Below are positions 8,828 through 17,636 of a stretch of DNA of 64,000 nt, in pieces. Numbering within the stretch: the stretch's first letter is position 1; each line of letters begins with the position of its first letter. A program made the position numbers and the translations under genes. Location of the stretch: NCBI GenBank assembly GCA_964415355.1, contig CAYPYS010000002.1:74475-138474 (forward strand), written 5' to 3'. This DNA comes from an uncultured Planctomycetia bacterium (lineage in GTDB: Bacteria; Omnitrophota; Gorgyraeia; Gorgyraeales; Gorgyraeaceae). The notes under the pieces are model-generated. The model searched no databases. It worked only from the letters and a program-made list of their open reading frames with translations, and had not been told where the DNA came from.

Positions 8828-9183
8828 GCCCTCGCCTTCTCTAGCTCGGAAAACATAAGACCGCATATGTATTCCAAGAAGTTGTTTTTTGCTTTCAGGT
8901 CTATTTCTTCGAATTTAATCCCAATGTCTATTTTACCAGCTTTTTCGCCAACTGTCCATACTACCTTGCCTATGGCAGAAATAGGCCTTAGTAGTGCTGG
9001 TATGAAGATTTCCATCTCAAGCCAATCCCCTTTTTTAATCTGCTTTGGTAATAATGCTCTTATGCCGCTGGGGCTTATGTTTTTAGTGACGGCTTTTTTT
9101 GGCGGCGTCTTCGAATCCTTGATCTTATAGGTAAAGTCCAAGGCTGCTTCTAATCTGATATACTTTCTTCTCTCTTTTATCAT
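8824..9183 (-). CDS. PilZ-domain protein
   Basis: RRKYIR and NISPSG motifs. Confidence 0.7.
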   Translation of the reverse strand: MIKERRKYIRLEAALDFTYKIKDSKTPPKKAVTKNISPSGIRALLPKQIKKGDWLEMEIFIPALLRPISAIGKVVWTVGEKAGKIDIGIKFEEIDLKAKNNFLEYICGLMFSELEKARA

Positions 9184-9311
9184 ATGCTATAGCCTCCATT
9201 GTCGAATATTGCGGTTTTACTGGGGAATTTTACAGATATGCAAGGTGGATTTCTTCGCGGGGATGGCACGCCTGTACCTGTGCCTAGCAAGGTTATTTCC
9301 ATATTTTCTGT

Positions 9312-9349
9312 TAAGTATACATTTTAACGTTGTTGAAATGTATACTTAG
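9312..9349. repeat. R1v (GTATACA-arm variant) palindromic element
   Basis: taagtatacattttaacgttgttgaaatgtatacttag. Contains the stop of 9346-9825. Confidence 0.85.
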
Positions 9350-9825
9350 TCTTTGACCACCTTTAGCTTGTTTAAATGCGTTAGTAATATGGCTTCTGAT
9401 TCAGGAGCTATCTTTATAAATTTTATCCCTACGTAAAACAGGCGCCTGCCTCGCTCATCCTGAGACTGCATGTCCTTTATCCACATAACCTGTCCTATAA
9501 ACTTCACGGGCTTTGAAAACCCGGGGACCTCTACCTCTAGATCAAGATGTTTCTTTTCATTAAGTTTTTCATAGGTCAGAAGACAGAGTCCTTTTTTTGA
9601 AAGATTTATAGTCTTGGATTCCTGGAAACGGGGCGCTTTGGGCAATAGATTGTATCCGATCTTAAGGTTCTCATCAAACCTGACATACATCCTTCTTTCC
9701 CTCAGCTCCCAGAATTTCCTGGCCAGGCCATGGGTAGTGCTTTTTTTAAGCCTTTTCTCCTCGTTTTTTAGCAGGATCAATATTATACATAAAAATATCA
9801 GTAAGGTTGAATAAAATAAATACAT
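9346..9825 (-). CDS. PilZ-domain protein with an N-terminal TM anchor
   Basis: N-terminal hydrophobic helix, RERRMYVR and INLSKKG motifs. Stop inside the R1v repeat. Confidence 0.65.
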   Translation of the reverse strand: MYLFYSTLLIFLCIILILLKNEEKRLKKSTTHGLARKFWELRERRMYVRFDENLKIGYNLLPKAPRFQESKTINLSKKGLCLLTYEKLNEKKHLDLEVEVPGFSKPVKFIGQVMWIKDMQSQDERGRRLFYVGIKFIKIAPESEAILLTHLNKLKVVKD

Positions 9826-9827
9826 CT

Positions 9828-10907
9828 CTATACCTCGACCAGTTCGTATTGACTCGACCCTAATTTTATTTTTTCACCGTAATTTATTTGTATCGAGGGA
9901 TCTATTTCAGGAAAGATTTCTTTGAATTTACCCATGCCTATCAGGTCAATGCTCGCTTTGTCTATTGCGACAGGGTCGAGCCCGCCTATTATTCCGATAT
10001 CTTGCGTGATAGGGGTTTCGTTTTTTGACATACAGTCACAATTCTTGGTTATATTATATAATAAGTTCATGTACGCTATCTTGGAATTCAGCGCCTTTTT
10101 TACCCCTAGGGCATATTCTACCATCTTTTCCTGGAATTTTGCAACATTTTCGTCATATTTTATCTCGATCGCGCCTGTCCGGCAGATCACAGTGCATTCT
10201 CCGCAGCCAATGCATCTTTCCTTTACCAATATGGCCTTTTTCTTTTTTATGCCTATGGCGTTGGCTGGACAGATATCCATGCATGAGCCGCAGCCGATGC
10301 ATTTATCGGCTGTTATCTCAGGGATGGTCTTGGAATGCTGCTGTAGCTTGCCGGCGCGGGAAGCGCAGCCCATGCCGAGGTTTTTAAGGGCTCCTGCGAA
10401 GCCTGTTTGCATGTGACCTGTTATGTGGGAAAGGCATGCAAGGGAGTCACTTTCGCATATCCCTTTCGCCAGCTTAACGTTTTCAAAATGATCGCCCTGG
10501 ATCGGCACATTCTTGGTGTCCCTGCCCAGAAGGCCGTCGCCTATTATTATAGGAATGCCCAGGCTTTGTAAGCTGAATCCATGTTTGTGCGCGACATTGA
10601 GATGACCGACAGCGTTTGATCTTTTTTCTCTATAGAGCGTATTTGTCTCAGCGACGAATAGATTTTCTGTTTTTTGTTCTTTGAGATACCTTATTAAATC
10701 CAGAAGCCAGTCAGGCTTGATGTAGCCTGAGGTCCCCTCTTCGCCGAAGGTCAGTTTTATCGCAAGAAAATCACCTTTATTGACGAGTCCCGGGGTTTCT
10801 ATTTGTTGCCAGACAGACAGGAGGGCCCTTCCTACCTCGTCTTTTGCTGACCAATCATTGATCCTTTTAAGATATACCTTTGTTTTTTCTGTCTTGGGCT
10901 TCTGCAA
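9828..10907 (-). CDS. DUF362-type protein with two 4Fe-4S ferredoxin motifs
   Basis: CIGCGSCMDICP and CIGCGECTVIC clusters. 359 aa. Confidence 0.55.
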   Translation of the reverse strand: MQKPKTEKTKVYLKRINDWSAKDEVGRALLSVWQQIETPGLVNKGDFLAIKLTFGEEGTSGYIKPDWLLDLIRYLKEQKTENLFVAETNTLYREKRSNAVGHLNVAHKHGFSLQSLGIPIIIGDGLLGRDTKNVPIQGDHFENVKLAKGICESDSLACLSHITGHMQTGFAGALKNLGMGCASRAGKLQQHSKTIPEITADKCIGCGSCMDICPANAIGIKKKKAILVKERCIGCGECTVICRTGAIEIKYDENVAKFQEKMVEYALGVKKALNSKIAYMNLLYNITKNCDCMSKNETPITQDIGIIGGLDPVAIDKASIDLIGMGKFKEIFPEIDPSIQINYGEKIKLGSSQYELVEV

Positions 10908-11982
10908 ATGCTATCCTCCTTGAGATCGGCGGATGGTTATACAGGATTATCTCGTAGAATTTACCGGGAGCTACATCCGAAAGATTTTGAGATGCTAATT
11001 TTTTCATGGTAGATATAAATCCGCCTTTATTTTTTGTGATATCCAGAGCAAACATATCCGCATCGCGCTCCAGCCTTCTTGAATACGAGTTCTGTATCGG
11101 TGTGGAGATTATGTTCAATGACGTGATAATGGCGTAGATCATCACCAGCGATTCGAAATCAAAAAGACGCGCGTAATTCAGGGTATTGTGCAACGTCAGG
11201 AAAAGGTAGTTTGAAATAAAAAACGTTAAAAGCGTCGCAATGCCACTGAATGCAATGGATTTTAATATGTGTTTTAATTTGTGATGCCCCAGCTCGTGAG
11301 CCATCACGACTTCTATTTCCTTGTCGTCAAAGTTTTTAAGCAGCGTGTCGCATAATACTATTCTTTTTTGTCTGCCCAGGCCCATAAGAGCCGCGTTAGC
11401 TTTTTTTGTATCCTTGCTTATGTTCAACTCGTACACACCCTCAGTTTTAAAGCCTACTCTTGACGATAGCCGCATGAGTTTTTGTTTCAAGTTTTCGTTT
11501 TTAATGGGAGAGTATTTATAGAATAGCGGGATTATGAAGATGGGGAAAAACTTGGCGATCAATATAGAAATGAAAAACCAGAGCACCGCGGTCAGCAGCC
11601 ACCAATGCAATGGCCAATACCTCAGGAATACGTATAGCGATACAACAAATGGTATGCTGAGAACAAAAGAAATCGCGTATTTTTTGACTTCTCTGTTTAA
11701 CCAGGTCTTAAATGTCTGATTTGAAAGGGAAAATTTATGCTCTAGCGTGAAACCTGCGTAGTGCGCGAGAGGCAAGGTTATGATCGTGTAAAATAGGCTT
11801 GTAATCGCGTAAAAAATAAGTAGGGCCAGATAACTATTAGAGGTAAAGGATTGCGCGATTAACCTTATGTATACAGGGATGCCAGAAAACACAAAGGCGA
11901 ACAACAGGATAGGGTGTAATAAAATATTTAATATGCCCAATATGTGTTTTTGCCTTGAATAGGCCTTTGCCTTATCTTGCAT
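10867..11982 (-). CDS. M48-family integral-membrane metallopeptidase (Ste24/HtpX-like)
   Basis: MAHELGHHKLKH HExxH within multi-TM protein, 371 aa. Confidence 0.7.
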   Translation of the reverse strand: MQDKAKAYSRQKHILGILNILLHPILLFAFVFSGIPVYIRLIAQSFTSNSYLALLIFYAITSLFYTIITLPLAHYAGFTLEHKFSLSNQTFKTWLNREVKKYAISFVLSIPFVVSLYVFLRYWPLHWWLLTAVLWFFISILIAKFFPIFIIPLFYKYSPIKNENLKQKLMRLSSRVGFKTEGVYELNISKDTKKANAALMGLGRQKRIVLCDTLLKNFDDKEIEVVMAHELGHHKLKHILKSIAFSGIATLLTFFISNYLFLTLHNTLNYARLFDFESLVMIYAIITSLNIISTPIQNSYSRRLERDADMFALDITKNKGGFISTMKKLASQNLSDVAPGKFYEIILYNHPPISRRIAFAEAQDRKNKGIS

Positions 11983-12512
11983 CAGCGTTTTTCCATGTAG
12001 ATATTTCTAATAGCGTTGAGGGCATCTATGTATTCCCTGGCCCTGTAGTCAGGATACGTCCAGTCTGTTGGTTGAAAGCCTGATTTTCTCCACATTAGCG
12101 TTACTTCGCCGTATATGCCGTCTCTCAGATAGAGTCTGTGGCAGTAATCTTTTGTTGTGGCAAGGACGAATTTCGAATCAGACAGGTATCCTGGATCTAT
12201 GTTTATGCGTCTCTTTACTCCGCCATTTTTCTTTACAGAGAGATCGTCCTCGAGAGAGTTTGTGGCGAGTTTTATCTGCGGCAGGCGTTCCGGTGATATG
12301 CGCTCTTTAAAAGAGATGAATTTTCTATTCAGCGGGTGCCCCATCTCTTCTTTGTAATAATCTGTATATTTAAATGGGATCAAGGAGCTCTTATAGTCAG
12401 TAGGCCCGAATTCTTTAATAAAAAACTCTTCGATATCGTCGAAGAGTTTTTTATTTTTTGCCAACATGCCTATGACTAATTTGACTTGCTGAGGAATCTT
12501 TGTTTTCCCCAT
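11982..12512 (-). CDS. Hypothetical protein (DUF4416-like)
   Basis: 176 aa. FIKEFGP...IDPGYL pattern. Family assignment from memory only. Confidence 0.4.
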   Translation of the reverse strand: MGKTKIPQQVKLVIGMLAKNKKLFDDIEEFFIKEFGPTDYKSSLIPFKYTDYYKEEMGHPLNRKFISFKERISPERLPQIKLATNSLEDDLSVKKNGGVKRRINIDPGYLSDSKFVLATTKDYCHRLYLRDGIYGEVTLMWRKSGFQPTDWTYPDYRAREYIDALNAIRNIYMEKR

Positions 12513-12519
12513 ATCGTGT

Positions 12520-13002
12520 TTATAATTTATAGCCTATTTTTCTTAACAGTTCTTTTCTCTTCCCGACTTCTTCTTCGCCTTCTATTCCTTTAGGCGCTGA
12601 ACCATCCACCACGCCCAGTATGCATTTGCCCTGCTCGGTCTCCGAGACAATGACCTCTATATTGTTTGCAGTGGCGCAATATATGGAACATACCTCGGGC
12701 ACGTTTTTTATCGCCCTGAGCACGTTTACGGGATAGGCGTCTTTCATGATGATTATAAATGAATGCCCTGCGCCGATATCCAGAGCGTTTTTCGCGGCTA
12801 TTTTTTTAAGATCATCATCGTTGCCTTCGCATCTTACCAGGCACGGACCCGATGCCTCACAAAACCCAACACCAAATTTTATATTAGGCACGGAATTTAC
12901 CATGGCCTCATATATATCTTCCGCTGTTTTAATGAAATGCGCCTGGCCTATGATCGCATTCGCGTTTTTTGGTACGTCTATTTTTACGACTTTTGTTTTC
13001 AT
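12520..13002 (-). CDS. Adenosine-specific-kinase-like (PF04008-like) protein
   Basis: 160 aa. IIGQAHFIKTAEDIYEA...IGAGHSFII pattern resembles the archaeal-type adenosine kinase family. Function not certain. Confidence 0.5.
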   Translation of the reverse strand: MKTKVVKIDVPKNANAIIGQAHFIKTAEDIYEAMVNSVPNIKFGVGFCEASGPCLVRCEGNDDDLKKIAAKNALDIGAGHSFIIIMKDAYPVNVLRAIKNVPEVCSIYCATANNIEVIVSETEQGKCILGVVDGSAPKGIEGEEEVGKRKELLRKIGYKL

Positions 13003-13011
13003 TTTTAAGGC

Positions 13012-13050
13012 CTAAGTTTACACTTTAACGTTGTTGAAATGTAAAGTTAG
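13012..13050. repeat. R1 palindromic element
   Basis: ctaagtttacactttaacgttgttgaaatgtaaagttag. Contains the stop of 13047-13448. Confidence 0.9.
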
Positions 13051-13448
13051 GAGAGTTTTATGTCGACTTCCTTGATCGTTCCAGGATTAGCGCTTCCTGA
13101 TTCTACGTAGGACTCCAGGGCCTTCCTGTCCTTTTCGGAAATGTCCGTAAAGAATATGGCGGTGTTATGGTGCGCCTTGTCAGTGTTTTTCAATATTACG
13201 GGTTCTGTCCTGACCACGACCCCCTTGCACCTTATTTTTTTAGCCTGCTTGGGCCTAGAGCTATTTTTCTGCGGCACCATAAGCACTACTTCTATCTTGG
13301 ACATCAGCGGAAGCAGCCTTGTCACCCTGCAGTATATCCCGCTTGAACTTACATCCACGGTCTCCGTGATTATGTCGAATGCCTTGTCGGCGATCTTGAG
13401 CGGGAGGCTGCCTTTTGCCCTGAGATGTTTTCTGCGCTCTTCTATCAT
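13047..13448 (-). CDS. PilZ-domain protein
   Basis: RRKHLR and VDVSSSG motifs. Stop inside R1. Confidence 0.65.
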   Translation of the reverse strand: MIEERRKHLRAKGSLPLKIADKAFDIITETVDVSSSGIYCRVTRLLPLMSKIEVVLMVPQKNSSRPKQAKKIRCKGVVVRTEPVILKNTDKAHHNTAIFFTDISEKDRKALESYVESGSANPGTIKEVDIKLS

Positions 13449-13455
13449 GATTTCT

Positions 13456-13890
13456 CTATGCCTTCTTCTCTTCTTTTTTAGCTTCTGCTTTTTTCTTGTC
13501 CTGGTCTGCCAGCTTCCAGCATCTTTTGCTGCAGTAATAGCCGTTGTTCCTGTAATACCAGGATTTTCTTTTCAGGTGTTTGTTGCATTTCATGCAGTTG
13601 GTCGGTTTTTCAATTACCTGAGGTTCTTTTGGTTCTTTCTTTTCTTTAGCAGGCGCCTTTGGCGTTTCTTTGGGGGTCTCCTGAGGGGTCTCCTTGGGAG
13701 CTTCTTTGGAAGTCTCTTTAGGCGCCTCTTTGGGCGTTTCTTTGGTGGTTTCTTTTGTTGGTTCTTCAGCCGGAGCCGGTTCTTTCTTTGCTTCTTCTTT
13801 CTTGGGCTCTGCCTTTGCCTCTTCAGGCGCCTTTACTTCTTCCTGTTTTTCTTCCTGAGGCTGCTTAGCTTCTTTTGCTTCGTCTGCCAT
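13456..13890 (-). CDS. Low-complexity K/E/P/T-rich protein with a C-terminal C-x2-C-x17-C-x2-C zinc finger
   Basis: Tandem KETPKEAPKET repeats. C-terminal CMKCNKHLKRKSWYYRNNGYYCSKRC. Confidence 0.5.
   Translation of the reverse strand: MADEAKEAKQPQEEKQEEVKAPEEAKAEPKKEEAKKEPAPAEEPTKETTKETPKEAPKETSKEAPKETPQETPKETPKAPAKEKKEPKEPQVIEKPTNCMKCNKHLKRKSWYYRNNGYYCSKRCWKLADQDKKKAEAKKEEKKA
13676..13762. repeat. ~12-nt tandem repeat (≈7 units) encoding KE(T/A)PKE tetrapeptide repeats
   Basis: Direct reading shows tcctgaggggtc / tccttgggagct / tctttggaagtc / tctttaggcgcc / tctttgggcgtt ... Confidence 0.5.
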
Positions 13891-14545
13891 GATTTATCCT
13901 CCGAATCGGGCATTTAGTGCACATAGGATTCTTTGAGCTGCAAAATTCTTTACCTAGTTCCACTATAAGGGCATGGAATTCGTTATACAGTTTTACGTCT
14001 TTAGGAAGGTTATCCTGAAAAAGTTGTTGCCATCCCTCGTATTCTGCTTCCTGGGCTGCAAAGCCATGCCTTGAAAATACCCTTTTCGTGTAGGCATCAA
14101 CAACAAATACAGGTTTTCCTCCCGCATACAGGAGTATGCTGTCGGCCGTCTCCGGTCCGATCCCTTTTATCCCAAGAAGCTCGCTTCTTAGCTTCCGGGT
14201 TTTCGTTTTGAGCATTCGGTCCAGGTTGCCTCTGTATTCAGCATTCAGAAAGCTCAAAAAATTCTTTACGCGATTAGATTTTATGTTGTAATATCCGGCC
14301 GGCTTTATCAGCTTTGCAAGTTTCTTTTCCGATATGCGCGTAAGCGGCCCTAACTTTAAGATCCTTTCCCTTTTTAGGTTTTTAATCGCTTTTTCGACAT
14401 TTTTCCAGGCTGTATTCTGAGTAAGGATAGCCCCTAAAATTATTTCTAATCTCGTGTCGCCCGGCCACCAATGTCTCGCCCCGAATTTTTCATAGAGCAG
14501 GTTATATATTTTTAAAAGCGATTTAGAGCAGCTGGTGTCTTTCAA
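13865..14545 (-). CDS. HhH-GPD base-excision glycosylase (endonuclease III-like)
   Basis: LGIKGIGPETADSILLYA HhH-GPD motif. Cys residues at the C-terminus. Confidence 0.7.
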   Translation of the reverse strand: MKDTSCSKSLLKIYNLLYEKFGARHWWPGDTRLEIILGAILTQNTAWKNVEKAIKNLKRERILKLGPLTRISEKKLAKLIKPAGYYNIKSNRVKNFLSFLNAEYRGNLDRMLKTKTRKLRSELLGIKGIGPETADSILLYAGGKPVFVVDAYTKRVFSRHGFAAQEAEYEGWQQLFQDNLPKDVKLYNEFHALIVELGKEFCSSKNPMCTKCPIRRINHGRRSKRS

Positions 14546-15402
14546 TGCTCTGAGCGTTCTTTTATTTTAGCAGCTATATCAGTCATCTCTTTGCAGTATC
14601 TGGAATTTATTGCAACAGGAGCTTTTACGCGTTTTTCCTTTTGAGTATGCTCCTTAAAGGCTGACATCGTAAGCATTGTTGAATTTTCATTCCCTGTTAT
14701 ATTCACGGACAGCGTAAGCCTGTGGTCTATTTTAGCGGTTGCATCTGACCATAACTCGCTTATTAAAGAGAGCTGGATAGGCTTATAGGCCAAGAGCGCG
14801 CCTATTCCCCTGTTTGATGAGGTGATTAAATAACCATTTTCTCTTAGGAGCAGGGATGCGTAGGAGAAAACTGTCCCAGGGTCTTTACCTATGGTTGTTT
14901 CTACGGTGTATCCTTTTTGGTAGACCGCGGATCGAGAGAACGAGTCGGGTATCTCCGTGGTCGTCTTTTCTTCCCCTCCAGGACCCAAATACGTCCAGCC
15001 CCCTGCCTTTCTTCTTGCTGCCGGTCTTCCTTTGCTTTTAGGGCCCAGATGCGTCCATTCTCCCGCTTCTTTTTTCTCGTATATTTTTTTTGGTTCTTCT
15101 TTGTAAATGATTATATCGTCGCCTTCCTGTATTTCCTTTCCCTGGCTTACATTCAGCACTTCTGCAGCAGATACATTTTTTAGCGCCTCGACGACATATG
15201 CATCGGCGATCTTTTCGAGGTCCCTGTGAACGATAAGCCCGTCACCCAGCTCTATCCCCTCGTCTGCGCCGGCTTTTATTATAAAAAATTCCTGTTCAGG
15301 GTCAACGCTCATGACTTCTGATTCGATCTCTGTTTCTGCAGAGAATGAATAAGAAACAGTGGAGGCTAAAAATAATAATAGAATCAATGAAATTTTTTTC
15401 AT
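14542..15402 (-). CDS. Secreted hypothetical protein
   Basis: 286 aa, signal peptide MKKISLILLLFLASTVSYSFSA. Duplicated GGWT(H/Y)LGP segments. Confidence 0.5.
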   Translation of the reverse strand: MKKISLILLLFLASTVSYSFSAETEIESEVMSVDPEQEFFIIKAGADEGIELGDGLIVHRDLEKIADAYVVEALKNVSAAEVLNVSQGKEIQEGDDIIIYKEEPKKIYEKKEAGEWTHLGPKSKGRPAARRKAGGWTYLGPGGEEKTTTEIPDSFSRSAVYQKGYTVETTIGKDPGTVFSYASLLLRENGYLITSSNRGIGALLAYKPIQLSLISELWSDATAKIDHRLTLSVNITGNENSTMLTMSAFKEHTQKEKRVKAPVAINSRYCKEMTDIAAKIKERSEH

Positions 15403-15448
15403 CAGGTGTCATTGTAATACAGAATCATATAGAACTCAAGCAAAATTT

Positions 15449-15487
15449 TCAACTTTACATTTCAACAACGTTAAAGTGTAAACTTAG
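15449..15487. repeat. R1 palindromic element
   Basis: tcaactttacatttcaacaacgttaaagtgtaaacttag. Confidence 0.85.
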
Positions 15488-15507
15488 AGAGGATTCGGAA
15501 GGGTTGC

Positions 15508-15939
15508 TTAGTGGATGGAGTACTTGCAGCCTTTGTCGAAAGCGTTTTTGAAGTCGTATCTGTTGTTAAAGTCTAATTTTGAATCTTGTTCTGTCTTCCC
15601 GAGGATGCCGGCGTTTATCATATTGAACACTATCTCGCCAAAATCATTAGTTGTCTTTATGCCCCAGTGCTCAAAGACTATCCTTGCCATGGGTCCAAAC
15701 TGCTCAAGGGCGTAGTCTTTTATCCCGTCAAGAAGTTCCTGCCCGCTTACATGCCCTTTTCTCTTAAGCTTTTTGCTGGTATGGGTCAGCGCGGACATGA
15801 CAAAGGAATACGATTCCGGGTCGTATCTCTTGTCTTTGGTCAGAACCTTCAGTAATGCATATATCTTATTTATGCTGAATTTGCTGCTTCTCTCGCCCAT
15901 AGTTCTACAAAGTATACCTGTCGATAGCTTATTTGTCAA
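15508..15939 (-). CDS. Hypothetical protein
   Basis: 143 aa ORF with good coding character. No motif recognised. Confidence 0.45.
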   Translation of the reverse strand: MTNKLSTGILCRTMGERSSKFSINKIYALLKVLTKDKRYDPESYSFVMSALTHTSKKLKRKGHVSGQELLDGIKDYALEQFGPMARIVFEHWGIKTTNDFGEIVFNMINAGILGKTEQDSKLDFNNRYDFKNAFDKGCKYSIH

Positions 15940-15951
15940 GGCGATGAGAAG

Positions 15952-16251
15952 TTAGATAGTTATAGGGGGGCCTAAGAATTTCGCGCCCACAGAAAACCTT
16001 TCAGAATACGGCTGGCTCGATGCCCAGACAACTTCCCCTACTGCTTTTATGTAGCTCTTGGTCTCCGGGTGCTGGACTTCGAATATCAGGTGGGTGCGAA
16101 TAGGAAAATACTCGTTCGAGATAAAGCCTATACCGTTTTGGCTTATATCCCGTCCTATCGAATTGCCGAATCTTTGGGAGCCTTTTCTCTGGTAGCGGAT
16201 AGCGCAGGATAGCGGGATCCTCATTGATTCTCTTTTGTCAATAGCTTTCAT
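15952..16251 (-). CDS. PilZ-domain protein
   Basis: RESMR and DISQNG motifs. Confidence 0.65.
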   Translation of the reverse strand: MKAIDKRESMRIPLSCAIRYQRKGSQRFGNSIGRDISQNGIGFISNEYFPIRTHLIFEVQHPETKSYIKAVGEVVWASSQPYSERFSVGAKFLGPPITI

Positions 16252-16282
16252 GACATCATTCTAACACATAACTTATTGCTTG

Positions 16283-16657
16283 TCAAGAAGTTATAGTCTG
16301 TTGCGCTGATTCCCCGAGGATCTTTTTTACTATTACGTCTATCCTTTCCGCGTCATCTTTCTTTAAATTAGTGAATTCTATGCCTGTGTCATATAGTTTA
16401 TTATTTTGCTGTTTTTTCTCTACTATCCACACTATGGCCCCGTCGCATTGAATGGCCGGCTTATTGTCTAATATATCAAGCTGTATCTCAACGGGTGCGA
16501 ATATCCCAAGGTCTTTAGGGAGCACAGTGCATATGCCTCCTATGCCTATGTTCTGTGTTTGCGAAGACAACATGTCTGACCTGTCTTTTCTTCTTACGGT
16601 TATTTTGCACGGGTATTCAGCTCTTGGAAACTTACGCTTGTTGATACCACTCCACAT
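16283..16657 (-). CDS. PilZ-domain protein
   Basis: RKFPR and NIGIGG motifs. Confidence 0.65.
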   Translation of the reverse strand: MWSGINKRKFPRAEYPCKITVRRKDRSDMLSSQTQNIGIGGICTVLPKDLGIFAPVEIQLDILDNKPAIQCDGAIVWIVEKKQQNNKLYDTGIEFTNLKKDDAERIDVIVKKILGESAQQTITS

Positions 16658-16728
16658 CTGATCCTCCTTTTGTTAGTAAATGATATTATAATCGAACTGG
16701 CCGGGTTATTCAAGGAAGAAATAAACCT

Positions 16729-16767
16729 CTAACTTTACACTTTAACGTTGTTGAAGTGTAAAGTTAA
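16729..16767. repeat. R1 palindromic element
   Basis: ctaactttacactttaacgttgttgaagtgtaaagttaa. Lies in the divergent region between a PilZ gene and ExeA. Confidence 0.9.
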
Positions 16768-16774
16768 TTTTTAA

Positions 16775-16803
16775 TTGCTACGTATTGGCAATGGTGCTAT
16801 AAT
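16775..16803 (+). promoter_or_regulatory. Putative sigma70-type promoter: -35 TTGCTA, 17-bp spacer, extended -10 TGcTATAAT. Predicts a (near-)leaderless ExeA mRNA.
   Basis: TTGCTA at 16775-16780. TGCTATAAT at 16795-16803. The ATG lies at 16812, only 8 nt after the -10. Confidence 0.4.
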
Positions 16804-16811
16804 TACGCTGT

Positions 16812-17624
16812 ATGTATCTCCATTATTATGACCTCAAAGAAAAGCCTTTTAGCGTAACAGCCGATCCTAATTTTCTCTATCTCAGCAAAAAGCACCAGGA
16901 AGCTATCTCTCACATGCAATATGGCATAAGCGAACGCATGGGTTTTTTGGAGATCTCCGGAGAGATAGGCACCGGGAAAACTACGGTATGCAAGGCCCTG
17001 CTGAATACCCTTGACGAGCACACGAAAACAGCGTTTATTCTAAATTCCAATCTTTCCGAGATACAGCTTATACAGGCCGTGGTCGAAGATCTTGGCATAC
17101 GCTTGAAGAATAAAAATAAGTTTACGATGATCAGCGAGCTGAACAGGTTTTTATTGGAACAGTTGAGTCATGACAATAATGTCGTGCTCATCATAGACGA
17201 GGCCCAGAACCTATCCCTCAGATTACTCGAGCAGGTCCGCTTATTGTCGAATCTCGAGACCGAAAAAGAGAAATTATTGCAGATAATCCTGGTCGGACAG
17301 CCTGAATTGCGGGAAAGGCTGGCATCGAAAAAACTTACGCAGCTGAGGCAGAGGATCGCTATAAGATATCACATGCTGCCACTGGACAAGGGTGAAGTCG
17401 AGGGGTATATGAGCCACAGGCTTAATATAGCCGGTTCTAACGGCAGGAGGTTTTTTGAGCAGGACGCAGTGGAAGAAGTGTTTAATTTTTCCAGAGGCAT
17501 TCCAAGGCTGATTAATATCATATGCGACAAGGCTCTCCTGGCGGGATTCGTATTCAAGAAAAAATCCATACGGGCGGACGCGATAAAGAAATGCGCCAAA
17601 GAGATAGAAGGCATTTTTGATTGA
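16812..17624 (+). CDS. ExeA/GspA-like AAA ATPase (type II secretion / pilus assembly-associated)
   Basis: GEIGTGKTTVCKAL Walker A, LIIDEAQNL Walker B, ExeA-like length. Confidence 0.7.
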   Translation: MYLHYYDLKEKPFSVTADPNFLYLSKKHQEAISHMQYGISERMGFLEISGEIGTGKTTVCKALLNTLDEHTKTAFILNSNLSEIQLIQAVVEDLGIRLKNKNKFTMISELNRFLLEQLSHDNNVVLIIDEAQNLSLRLLEQVRLLSNLETEKEKLLQIILVGQPELRERLASKKLTQLRQRIAIRYHMLPLDKGEVEGYMSHRLNIAGSNGRRFFEQDAVEEVFNFSRGIPRLINIICDKALLAGFVFKKKSIRADAIKKCAKEIEGIFD

Positions 17625-17636
17625 TAGAAGGATCTT

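Noticed and set aside
9258-9285. Possible sigma-54 (-24 TGGCAC) promoter at tggcacgcctgtacctg
   Set aside because: The -12 TTGC element is absent at the required spacing. It also lies on the non-coding orientation for the neighbouring minus-strand genes.
9922-10416. Plus-strand ORFs (164 and 120 aa) inside the DUF362/ferredoxin gene
   Set aside because: Antisense to the Cys-cluster coding region. No start context.
13141-13917. 258-aa plus-strand ORF antisense to the K/E-rich repeat protein and PilZ gene
   Set aside because: Low-complexity translation of the tandem-repeat DNA on the wrong strand. All neighbouring real genes are minus-strand.
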